DNA of 64,000 nucleotides from an uncultured delta proteobacterium (GTDB lineage: Bacteria; Myxococcota; UBA727; VGSZ01), in assembly GCA_963775425.1 (NCBI GenBank), contig CAVZJB010000003.1:640001-704000 (forward strand). The letters run 5' to 3'. The notes under the pieces are model-generated. The model was not told the DNA's origin. It was given only the letters and a program-made list of their open reading frames with translations, and did no database searches. Below are positions 1-8,355 of the stretch, piece after piece (position 1 is the first letter of the stretch; each line of letters begins with the position of its first letter). A program made the position numbers and the translations under genes.

Positions 1-1
1 C

Positions 2-1087
2 ATCGCCCAGTGCAGCGTCTGCGGGACCCAGTTCACACCGAGGGTCCGCTATCAGCTCGACAAGGGCGCCGACGGCGCCGTCGTCCGGGCCTTCTGCTCG
101 CTGCCCTGCAAGGCCGGCGGGTCGGGGCGCGGCGTCGCCTGCGGCGTCTGCGGCGCCGCCTTCACGCTGACCTTCGCGTACCAGGCGCACAAGACGGCGG
201 GCGGCCAGGTGCTCTACGTCTGCTCGGAGCGCTGCAAGGCGGCCTTCGACAAGCCGCCGCCGGCGCCGGCAGAGCGGCCGTACCGCGTGGCCGTGCTCAA
301 CCAGAAGGGCGGCACCGGCAAGACCACCACGTCCATCAACCTCGCCGCGGGCTTCGCCGAGTCCGGCGCGCGGGTGCTGCTCATCGACGCGGACCCGCAG
401 GGAAACGTCGGCGTCTCCCTCGGCGTTCACAGCGAAAAAACGCTCTACCACGTGCTGATGGGGGAGGTGTCCGTCGCCGACGCGGTGGTGCCGCTCGGCG
501 AGAGCTTCGACATCCTCACCAGCGACGACACCCTCGCCGCCGCCGAGATCAAGCTCGCGCAGCACCCGCTGCGGGGCGGCGTCCTCAAAAAGAGCATCGA
601 GAAGAACACCGACTACACCCACGTCGTCATCGACTGCGGGCCGTCGCTGTCGCTCATCAACCAGAACGCGCTGTGCACCGCCGACGAGGTGCTGGTGCCC
701 GTCGCGTGCGACTACCTGTCGCTGGTCGGCGTGAAGCAGGTGCTGAAGACGGTGAAGAACGTGAACCAGCACCTCGGCCACCCGCTGCGGGTGGGCGGCG
801 TGCTCCCCACGTTCTACGACGCGCGCGCCAAAATCTGCCGCGACGCGCACGAGGCCTTGAAGAAGCACTTCGGCCCCGTGTGCCTGCCGCCGGTGCGGAT
901 GAACACCAAGCTCAAGGAAGCGCCCAGCCACAAAAAGACCATCTTCGAGCACGACCCCCACTCGTCGGGCGCCGCGGACTACCGGGCGGTGGTGAGGATC
1001 ATGCTCGAGCGCGCGCGCCACGCGACGTCGACGTCGCCGGCCGAGGCCGCCGCGCCCGCCGGCCGCGTGGTGGGGGGAGGCGCGTGA
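2..1087 (+). CDS. ParA/Soj-family ATPase with two N-terminal Cys-rich (TRASH/YHS-like) motifs; 5' end truncated by window edge
   Basis: Deviant Walker A KGGTGKTT, IDADPQGN and VIDCGPSL motifs. The frame is open from base 2 and reads CSVC...FCSLPC...CGVC...VCSERC, partly upstream of the ORF-track start at 209. Confidence 0.9.
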   Translation: MAQCSVCGTQFTPRVRYQLDKGADGAVVRAFCSLPCKAGGSGRGVACGVCGAAFTLTFAYQAHKTAGGQVLYVCSERCKAAFDKPPPAPAERPYRVAVLNQKGGTGKTTTSINLAAGFAESGARVLLIDADPQGNVGVSLGVHSEKTLYHVLMGEVSVADAVVPLGESFDILTSDDTLAAAEIKLAQHPLRGGVLKKSIEKNTDYTHVVIDCGPSLSLINQNALCTADEVLVPVACDYLSLVGVKQVLKTVKNVNQHLGHPLRVGGVLPTFYDARAKICRDAHEALKKHFGPVCLPPVRMNTKLKEAPSHKKTIFEHDPHSSGAADYRAVVRIMLERARHATSTSPAEAAAPAGRVVGGGA

Positions 1088-1422
1088 GCCCCCGGAAGAA
1101 GGCCGCCGGCGCCGACGACGAGCTGGGGCTCGGCGACGATCCCCTCGACGGCGCCGATCCGCTCGTCGAGCACTTCTACAAGCCCGCGCCGTCGACGCCG
1201 TCGCGCAAGCCACGCCCGCAGCGGGGCAAGGGACGGCAGCCCTTGCCCGACGGCAAGACCTGGCGCCTGGTGACGTTCTCCTTCTACGAGGACGACGTCG
1301 CGCGCCTGGACGCGCTCCTGGCCGAGGCCAAGAAGCGCGGCCACAAGCGCGTGAGCCGCTCGCAGATCGTGCGGCTGGCGCTGCGCAACGTCGACCTCGC
1401 CGACCTCCCCGACGTCATCTGA
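1084..1422 (+). CDS. Small ribbon-helix-helix-like DNA-binding protein coupled to ParA
   Basis: GTG overlaps the parA TGA (GTGA). C-terminus LVTFSFYEDDVARLDALL...VSRSQIVRLAL fits a beta-alpha-alpha RHH pattern; N-terminus looks disordered. Confidence 0.7.
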   Translation: MSPRKKAAGADDELGLGDDPLDGADPLVEHFYKPAPSTPSRKPRPQRGKGRQPLPDGKTWRLVTFSFYEDDVARLDALLAEAKKRGHKRVSRSQIVRLALRNVDLADLPDVI

Positions 1423-1452
1423 CCCTCGAGGGCCCGCCGCGCGGGTCGAGGG
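1423..1452. terminator. GC-rich hairpin between convergent genes
   Basis: CCCTCGA...TCGAGGG arms with an inner CCCGC/GCGGG stem, between stops at 1422 and 1459; no U-tract. Confidence 0.35.
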
Positions 1453-1458
1453 GGCGGC

Positions 1459-3855
1459 TCACATCTCGCCGGACGGGTCCGCGCCGAGCAGGAGCCTGTC
1501 GGCCCAGGCGGGATCGCTCGTGGCCGTGATGCGCAGCGGGGGCGGCGGCGCGTTGGCGGCGCGCGCCGCGCGCTCGGCGTGGTCGCGCAGGAGCAGGCGC
1601 ATCGCGGGGCGCTCGGCCTGGTCGGCGGCGTCGATGAGGATCTCGCTCGCTTCGGCCGCGCTGCCGAGCTTCACGAGCGCGGTGCCGAGCCCGAGCGCGC
1701 TCTGCTCGAGGAAGGACCGCGGCAGCTTCTGCTCCTCGAGGATGCGGCGGAAGGCGCTCGCGGCCTCGCGCAAAGCACCCACCTGCACCATGCGGCGCGC
1801 GTGGATGTAGCGGCCGACGGCGACGGAGATGCGCGGCTCGGAGCGGAGGTCAGCGGGGGAGCCGTCGTCGACGCCGAGCCAATAGTGCAGCCGCTCGAAC
1901 GCCGCCGCCCGCCGCGGCAGCGTGTGCGCGAGCAGCACGTCGAGCGCCGCCTGGCCGACGGGGGCGTGCCCCGCGGTGGTGACGATGGCCTCGGCGAGCA
2001 TGCGCTTGGCGAGGAGGGAGCGCTGGGCGTCGAAGGGCAACAGCTCGATGCGCGCCCGGTCCCAGCTCGCCATGGCGTCGCGCGTCTTGCCCGCCACCCA
2101 CTGCGCGTCGCCGAGCTCGGCGGTGCGGTCGGCGGCGTCGACGTCGTGGTCGACGGCGGCGAGCCGCCCCGCGGTGGCCTCGAGCGCGGCCGGGTCCTCG
2201 ACGTCGTACGCGTCGGCCAGGAGGTCCTCGATGGTCTCCCGGGAGGGCGCGGGCCCGAGCTCGTCGAGGGCCTTGTCGACCTCGCCGGTGCGCGCGAGCG
2301 CCCGGACCTCGCGCGCGCGGTCGGCGTCCTCGGGCGTGCAGATGTCGCTCAAGATGGACGGCCGCTCGAAGCGCCGCGCGGCCACGACGGCGGCGTCGGG
2401 CGGCAGCGGCAGCGCGTCGAGCATGGCGTCGTGGCTCCGTACGAGGTCGGCGGCCGCGTCGTCGCCGCCCATGGCCTTGTCGACGGAGCCCGTGCGGTAC
2501 AGCGCCGCCAACGCCCGCGTCGGCTCCGGCAGGCTCTTGGCGACGAGCGACTCGATGAACGCGCCGGCCGCGACGTACGCACGCGACGGGGGCTCGGTGA
2601 AGAACGACATGCCGCGGAACAACGACGCCGTCGACGGCGCCAGGCCCGCCCGCTTCATCGCCGCCGCCTGCTCCTTGAGCGTGAGCCCGTCGGCCACCGC
2701 GAGCTCGGGCGTGAGCGCCACGGCGAGGCCCTCGATGACCGCCGCGTGTTGGAACACGATGAAGTCGCTGGGGATGTGCAGGAGCGTGCTCGACAGCTCG
2801 CCGGCGACGGCGTGGGCGAGCTCGTGCCCGAGCGTCTTGTGCGGCACCTGGGCGCCCGTGATGTGCACCTCGCGGCGCCACGGGAAGGTGAAGTCGACGT
2901 GGGACGCCCCCGTCCAATACGCCTCGGCCTCGTGGTCCGCGTGGAGGTAGACGTTGATCTCCCCCTGCGGCTTCTGGCCGAGCCGGGCGTCGATGCGGTC
3001 GAGCCACAAGGTGCCCTCGGCGAGGACGGCGTCGACGTCCTTGGGCCGGAGCGCGAGCGGGTCGGCGTGCACGACGAGGAGCCCGCGCTTCTTCACGAGG
3101 GAGTAGCGCGCCTCCATGTCGGCCCGGCGAGGCATGAGCTTCGGGGCGCTGAGCCCGTGTGCGACGAGGCCGAGCACCAGGCTGACGGCGGCGGCGGCGT
3201 AGAGCGCACCCGGCGGCGCCGGCCGCTGCAGGCTCGAGCGGCGGGCGCGCGGATAGACGGCGGCGCCGGCGCACAGGAGGGCGACGCCGAGCAGCAGGGT
3301 GCCCGCGCGAAACGCGATGACGAGCGGCGGCATGGAGGCGCCCGCGAGGAGGTCGCCGTCGACGACGACGAAGAGGTGGCTGATGACGCGGAAGCCGGGC
3401 TCCCGGTACCACTCGACGAAGAGCCAGACGGCGAACGCGATCTCGAGGAGGAGCGCCGCGACGGTGGCGCGGCCGGGCCTGCCGAGGAGCCTGCCGACCC
3501 AGGTGCCGAGCGCGGTGTGCAACACGAGGACGGGGGCGGCGAGGAAGAAGAAGGGCAGGTAGCCACGCGCCGAGCTGCACGACGGCCGCAGGGCGCCGCC
3601 GGCGGCGGTGACGATGACGAACAGCGCGATCATCCCGGCGCCGACGAGGAGGGCGGGCAGGGCGTCCGCGAAGAACCCCTCCTGCGAGCGCGTGGAGGCG
3701 CGCGCGGCCTGGGCGAGGCAGAGGGCGACGCCCCCGACGACGCCGAGGACCTGCGCGCTCTCCGGCCCCGGGTTCGAGGTCAAGGGAAAGGCGAGGCACA
3801 CGACCGCTGCGACGACGGCGGCGCCGGCGGCGAGCACGAGCGCGACGAGCTTCAT
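1459..3855 (-). CDS. Multi-pass membrane protein with gluzincin-type metallopeptidase domain and TPR-like C-terminus
   Basis: About 6-7 hydrophobic segments in the N-terminal 240 aa; HELAH followed by EGLA; helical Ala/Leu-rich C-terminus. Confidence 0.75.
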   Translation of the reverse strand: MKLVALVLAAGAAVVAAVVCLAFPLTSNPGPESAQVLGVVGGVALCLAQAARASTRSQEGFFADALPALLVGAGMIALFVIVTAAGGALRPSCSSARGYLPFFFLAAPVLVLHTALGTWVGRLLGRPGRATVAALLLEIAFAVWLFVEWYREPGFRVISHLFVVVDGDLLAGASMPPLVIAFRAGTLLLGVALLCAGAAVYPRARRSSLQRPAPPGALYAAAAVSLVLGLVAHGLSAPKLMPRRADMEARYSLVKKRGLLVVHADPLALRPKDVDAVLAEGTLWLDRIDARLGQKPQGEINVYLHADHEAEAYWTGASHVDFTFPWRREVHITGAQVPHKTLGHELAHAVAGELSSTLLHIPSDFIVFQHAAVIEGLAVALTPELAVADGLTLKEQAAAMKRAGLAPSTASLFRGMSFFTEPPSRAYVAAGAFIESLVAKSLPEPTRALAALYRTGSVDKAMGGDDAAADLVRSHDAMLDALPLPPDAAVVAARRFERPSILSDICTPEDADRAREVRALARTGEVDKALDELGPAPSRETIEDLLADAYDVEDPAALEATAGRLAAVDHDVDAADRTAELGDAQWVAGKTRDAMASWDRARIELLPFDAQRSLLAKRMLAEAIVTTAGHAPVGQAALDVLLAHTLPRRAAAFERLHYWLGVDDGSPADLRSEPRISVAVGRYIHARRMVQVGALREAASAFRRILEEQKLPRSFLEQSALGLGTALVKLGSAAEASEILIDAADQAERPAMRLLLRDHAERAARAANAPPPPLRITATSDPAWADRLLLGADPSGEM

Positions 3856-3942
3856 GGCGGCATCCTACGCCCACGTCGCCTTGGGGCGGGCGGCGTTGCG
3901 CGCAGTCTTTCGCTGGTCACGGAACAGGGGCAGAATGCGGGC

Positions 3943-4350
3943 ATGACCGAAACGAAGACCGGCCCCGATGCTCGGCAGCATGTGCGCGCGCCCATCGAGC
4001 TCAAGGTCGAGTACAAGAAGATGAACACGTTCTTCAGTGATTACACGAAGAACATCAGCAAGGGGGGGACGTTCATCAAGACGGACCGCCCGCTGAAGGT
4101 AGGCACGGAGTTCGTCTTCAAGCTCTTTGTTCCCGCGCAGGAGGAGCCCTTCACCCTGCGGGGGCAGGTCGCCTGGGTGAACACCGAGACCGAGTCCCAG
4201 CGCCCCGAGATCGCCGAGCGCGGCATGGGCATCAAATTCCTCTACGCCGACGACGCGCAGAAGCAGCGCTTCGAGGGCCTCGTCGAGGACATGATGAAAG
4301 ACGCCCTCGGCGACGTCGTCTACAAAAAGCTCCTCGAAAAGACGCGGTAA
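3943..4350 (+). CDS. PilZ-domain protein (TIGR02266 myxobacterial type)
   Basis: RQHVR (RxxxR), NISKGGTFI and GMGIKF motifs; ATG at 3943. Confidence 0.9.
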   Translation: MTETKTGPDARQHVRAPIELKVEYKKMNTFFSDYTKNISKGGTFIKTDRPLKVGTEFVFKLFVPAQEEPFTLRGQVAWVNTETESQRPEIAERGMGIKFLYADDAQKQRFEGLVEDMMKDALGDVVYKKLLEKTR

Positions 4351-4563
4351 TTGCGCGCTTCGCGCGCGAGCAGCCGGGCCCTCCGGGCCCCCCCGCGCTT
4401 CGCGCGGGTCCCCCCCGGCTTGGGCGATCGCCTTGTCGGGCCCGCTCGCGGAGCTCGCGCTTCCGCGAGAGTCGTGCCGTGCGCCGAGATGACGCGGGTC
4501 GATCGCCGCGGCGAAGTCCGGCCTCGCAGCGGACTGCGGCGGCCGACTTCGCCGCGCCTCCCG

Positions 4564-5151
4564 TTTCGGGGCTTGTCGTTGTCGCTCGCGCGCGGCCGCG
4601 TACCGGGCTCGCCGCCGTCGCTCGCGCGCGGCCGCGTACCGGGCTCGCCGCCGTCGCTCGCGCGCGGCCGCGTACCGGGCTTACCGGGCTCGCCGCCGTC
4701 GCTCGCGCGCGGCCGCGTACCGGGCTCGCCGCCGTCGCTCGCGCGCGGCCGCGTACCGGGCTCGTCGTCGTCGCTCGCCCGTACCGGGCTCGCCGCCGTC
4801 GCTCGCGCGCGGCCGCGTACCGGGCTCGCCGTCGTCGCTCGCGCGCGGCCGCGTACCGGGCTCGCCGCCGTCGCTCGCGCGCGGCCGCGTACCGGGCTCG
4901 TCGTCGTCGCTCGCCCGTACCGGGCTCGCCGCCGTCGCTCGCGCGCGGCCGCGTACCGGGCCCGCCGTCGTCGCGCGCGCGCGGCCGCGTACCGCTCGCC
5001 GCCGTCGCTCGCGCGCGGCCGCGCACCGGGCTCGTCGTCGTCGCTCGCGCGTACTGGGCTCGCCGCCGTCGCTCGCGCGCGGCCGCTTACCGGGCTCGTC
5101 GTCGTCGCTCGCCCGTACCGGGCTCGCCGCCGTCGCTCGCGCGCGGCCGCG
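4564..5151. repeat. Tandem minisatellite, about 17 units of 36 bp (TACCGGGCTCGCCGCCGTCGCTCGCGCGCGGCCGCG) with interspersed 28-bp variants
   Basis: Degenerate first unit at 4564, then units starting at 4601, 4637, 4682, 4718, 4754, 4782, 4818, 4854, 4890, 4918, 4954, 4990, 5024, 5052, 5088, 5116; no unique spacers. Confidence 0.95.
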
Positions 5152-5354
5152 TGCCGGCGTCGCGCGCGCGTCGGGCGGGGCGGGCACGCGTCGGCGGGGG
5201 CGGCGGCGGGGCCCGTGCGCCGGCGAAGGAACGCTCCGCCGCCCGGCCCTCGTGGAATCGGGTCTCGGTCTTGCCGGCCGGGCGGCCGTGTCCCGGATCT
5301 CAGGAATCTGTCGTCGTCGATCGCGTCCGGACGCCGTTTCGACGCGCCGCGGCG

Positions 5355-5372
5355 CTGGCATGTCGGCTGCTT
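5355..5372 (+). promoter_or_regulatory. Putative sigma54 (-24/-12) promoter
   Basis: CTGGCATGTCGGCTGCTT has exact GG-N10-GC spacing, upstream of an AGGAGG RBS and ATG 5402. Confidence 0.6.
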
Positions 5373-5401
5373 AATGGCGGCGCTTCAGGAGGCACTACGC
5401 C

Positions 5402-5521
5402 ATGCAGCGCTTGATTCGCATCGTCTCGCTCCTCGCCGTCATCTCCGTCGCCGCCGCCGGCCTCATCTCCGTCGCCGGCTGCCCGGCCGCCGAGGGCGAA
5501 GGAGAAGGCGAAGGCGAGTAG
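5402..5521 (+). CDS. 39-aa putative lipoprotein MQRLIRIVSLLAVISVAAAGLISVAGCPAAEGEGEGEGE
   Basis: AGGAGG Shine-Dalgarno, basic n-region, hydrophobic h-region, lipobox VAG|C, acidic EG tail; too short for the ORF track. Confidence 0.65.
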   Translation: MQRLIRIVSLLAVISVAAAGLISVAGCPAAEGEGEGEGE

Positions 5522-5868
5522 CCCCGCCGCTCCGCGCGCCTGACGTTGCCGCCGGCAGCGTCGGGCGCGCGCGACCACGCTCGCCCCGCGCCGTCGGCCG
5601 CCCGCGCGCCGTCGACGTGCGCGCCGCCGCGCTCGACGAGGGTGGCCTCGCGCCGGCGTCGGCCGCGCCGTCGACGTGCACCACCGCGCTCGACGGAGGC
5701 GGCCTCGGGCCGGCCGCGCGCCGCTGCGGCTGCGCCTCAGAGAAGCCGACGTCGACGACGCCCGGCCGCTCGCGCCGTCGGCCCGGCCGCTCGCGCCGTC
5801 GGCCCGGCCGCCGAGGCCGAAGGCGAGGGCGAAGGCGAGCAGCCCCGCCGCTCCGCGCGCTTGACGTG
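5484..5868 (+). repeat. Dispersed ~60-bp direct repeat (copies near 5484-5547 and 5805-5867) plus a 21-bp tandem at 5761-5810
   Basis: Both copies contain GAAGGCGAG(T/C)AGCCCCGCCGCTCCGCGCGC(C/T)TGACGT; CCCGGCCGCTCGCGCCGTCGG occurs twice in tandem. Confidence 0.8.
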
Positions 5869-5973
5869 CCGCCGGCGCTGCGCCGCGCGGAGCTCTTCGT
5901 CGTGGCTCTTCGTCGCGGCTCTCCGACTCCGGCCCCGTCCGCGACATCGAACAGCGCCGATCCCAAGGACGCA

Positions 5974-6060
5974 GGCTCGTCCCCCGCGCCGGGAAGACCC
6001 GGGGTGTCCACGGCCCTCCGGCTCGAGGGGCTGGGCTCGTCCCCCACGCCGGGAAGACCC
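5974..6060. repeat. Two 27-bp direct repeats separated by a 33-bp unique spacer (CRISPR-like mini unit)
   Basis: GGCTCGTCCCCC(G/A)CGCCGGGAAGACCC at 5974-6000 and 6034-6060. Confidence 0.7.
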
Positions 6061-6262
6061 CGTCGGGCCCTACAGGTGCTCGAAGGCGCGATCGCCCCGA
6101 TCGAGCACGGCGGCGCCGTGGACGTTGGCCGTGCCTCCGATGCGCCCCACGAGGGGGCGCCCTACGGCCGCAGCGCGTGCGTCGTCGATGCGGCGCGTTC
6201 GGGCCCGCATCGAGCGCCGTTGCTCGGGAACGCCCGAAGGCGCGGCGTTCACCGACGAACGT

Positions 6263-6307
6263 CGTCACGCTGTGAAACCGTCACGCTGTGAATCGTCACG
6301 CTGTGAA
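6263..6307. repeat. Three copies of CGTCACGCTGTGAA (each containing the palindrome TCAC-N3-GTGA)
   Basis: Copies at 6263, 6279 and 6294. Confidence 0.85.
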
Positions 6308-6320
6308 TGTCGCGCTGACA

Positions 6321-6668
6321 TCACTCGAGCGGCGATCGCGTCCACGTCGCGGCTTCGAGCGCGGCGATGGCCGCGGCGACGTCGGCCGCGCGCCACAGCA
6401 CGCGCCCCGGCTTCTTCCAACGCTCGACGTCCTCGGGGACCCAGCCGCGGCCCGCCGCGAGCGCCTCCTCGGACTCCCGCGCCAAAGCCTCGCGGTCCTG
6501 TGCAGCGACCTCGAGCACCCGCAGCGCAAAGCCGCCCTCGTCCGCCTGCAGCACCGCCTCCGCAGCGCCCCGCCCGAGCACCACGGGCAGCGCGGCGGCG
6601 CCGCGATCGCGCAGCGCTCGCACGACCTCGGCGCGCGAAGGCGTCGCCAGCGGCGCGCCCGGCATCAT
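6321..6668 (-). CDS. Hypothetical protein (~115 aa) translationally coupled to ffh
   Basis: ATG overlaps the ffh stop (TGATG); protein-like composition with the motif GWVPEDVERWKKPG. Confidence 0.6.
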   Translation of the reverse strand: MMPGAPLATPSRAEVVRALRDRGAAALPVVLGRGAAEAVLQADEGGFALRVLEVAAQDREALARESEEALAAGRGWVPEDVERWKKPGRVLWRAADVAAAIAALEAATWTRSPLE

Positions 6669-8245
6669 CAGCGGCGGCTCTTCTTGCGCGCCGCCTTCTC
6701 GGCCTTGCGCTTGGCCTTCTTGTCCTTGGCGGCCTTGCCGCCGCCGGCCGCGCCGGCGCGCGTCGTCGAGTAGTAGCCCGGCGGCGGCGCCAGCGGCTTG
6801 TTGCCCTGCGCGCCGAACGGGTTCACGCCGCCGAACAGCGAGCTCATGTCCGCGGGGCCCGCGCCGCCGAGCCCCTTGGCGAGCCCGGCCATGTTGCGGA
6901 AGCCGGGCATGCGCCCGAGCAGCGAGGGCTGCATGCCGATCATCTGCATCATCTGCTTCATCATCGCGAAGCGCTGAAGCAGATCGTCGACGTCCTTCTC
7001 CGAGCGCCCGCAGCCCTTGGCGATGCGCTTCTTGCGCGACTTCTGCTGCGTCACGACGTCGGGGCGGCGGCGCTCCTCGGGCGTCATCGACTGCACGATG
7101 GCCTCGAGGCGCACGAACTCCTTGTCGTCGATGCGCTGGCCCGCCGTCAGCTCGCTCATGCCCGGGATCTTCTCGAGCAGCGAGCTCACCGAGCCCATCT
7201 TCTTTACCATCTTCAACTGGTCGAGGAAGTCCTGCAGGGTGAGCTTGCCCTGCATCATGCGCATGGCGTCCTGCTCGGCCTTGTCCTTGTCGACGACGTC
7301 CTCGAACTGCTTCACGAGGCCGACGACGTCGCCCATGCCGAGGATGCGCGAGGCCAGGCCGTCGGGCCTGAACTCCTCGAGCTTGTCCATGGTCTCGCCC
7401 ATGCCGAGGTACTTGATGGGCTTGCCCGTGATGGCCTTGATCGACAGGGCCGCGCCGCCGCGCGCGTCGCCGTCGAGCTTGGTCATGATGAAGCCGTCGA
7501 TGTCCAGGCGGCGATCGAACTCCACCGCCGTGCGCACCGCGTCCTGGCCGGTCATGGCGTCGACGATGAGGACGATGTTGTCGGGCTTGGTGAGCGACTT
7601 TATCTGCTCGAGCTCGCTCATGAGCTCGTCGTTGATGGCGAGCCGGCCCGCGGTATCGAAGAGGCAGACGTCGCACTGCCACTCCTTGGCCTTCTGCAGC
7701 GCGCGCTTGCACAGCTCGGGCGGCGCGACGCCGTCTTCGTGAAAGAACCTCACGTCGAGCTGCTCGGCGAGCACGCGGAGCTGCTCGACGGCGGCGGGGC
7801 GGTAGATGTCGGCACCCACGAGGAGCGGCCGGTGCTTCTGCCGCTTGAGCATCGACGCGAGCTTGCCGGTGGTGGTGGTCTTGCCCGTGCCCTGCAGGCC
7901 CACCATCATGATGGAGCCGACGGGCTTTTGCAGCCGGATGGTCGTGTCCACCGGGCCCATCAGGTCCACGAGCTCGTCGTAGCAGGACTTGATGAAGTGC
8001 TCGGCCGGCCCGAGCTTCACCTTCTGGCCCTTCTTGTCCTTGCCCTCGACGGTGACGGTCTGACCGAACGCCGCCTCCTTCACCTTGGCGAGGAAGGTCT
8101 TCACGACGCCGAGCTCGACGTCCGCCTCGAGGAGGCTCAGGCGCACCTCGCGCAGCGCCTCGTCGGTGTTCGACTCCGTCAGCTCCGCTTGACCGGAGAG
8201 GAAATTGCGCGCCTGCCTGAACCCCTTGGAGACCGTCTCGAGCAT
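6668..8245 (-). CDS. ffh: Signal recognition particle protein Ffh
   Basis: GLQGTGKTTT, DTAGR, TKLDGDARGG, Met-rich M domain with SMTPEER. Confidence 0.98.
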   Translation of the reverse strand: MLETVSKGFRQARNFLSGQAELTESNTDEALREVRLSLLEADVELGVVKTFLAKVKEAAFGQTVTVEGKDKKGQKVKLGPAEHFIKSCYDELVDLMGPVDTTIRLQKPVGSIMMVGLQGTGKTTTTGKLASMLKRQKHRPLLVGADIYRPAAVEQLRVLAEQLDVRFFHEDGVAPPELCKRALQKAKEWQCDVCLFDTAGRLAINDELMSELEQIKSLTKPDNIVLIVDAMTGQDAVRTAVEFDRRLDIDGFIMTKLDGDARGGAALSIKAITGKPIKYLGMGETMDKLEEFRPDGLASRILGMGDVVGLVKQFEDVVDKDKAEQDAMRMMQGKLTLQDFLDQLKMVKKMGSVSSLLEKIPGMSELTAGQRIDDKEFVRLEAIVQSMTPEERRRPDVVTQQKSRKKRIAKGCGRSEKDVDDLLQRFAMMKQMMQMIGMQPSLLGRMPGFRNMAGLAKGLGGAGPADMSSLFGGVNPFGAQGNKPLAPPPGYYSTTRAGAAGGGKAAKDKKAKRKAEKAARKKSRR

Positions 8246-8355
8246 GGCCCCGCTGTAGCGGCTCCCCCGTCGTCGAACAAGGTCCGCCGTCGGCCGCCCG
8301 CCCGATTCGGCGGGGGGCGCCCCGTGCCATGTGCCGGGGTTTGCTGGAGGGCGGC

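Noticed and set aside
4564-5151. CRISPR array (36-bp repeat length)
   Set aside because: Units are directly adjacent with no unique spacers, and there are no cas genes in the window
5805-5850. SRP RNA (ffs) near ffh, suggested by GAAGG...AGCAGC
   Set aside because: Lacks the CAGG-stem-GNRA-stem-AGCA geometry; it is a copy of the EGEGE-coding sequence
4232-6291. Long ORFs over the repeat region (264-646 aa, both strands)
   Set aside because: Arg/Ala/Pro-rich translations of GC-rich repeats, open in several frames and without coding bias
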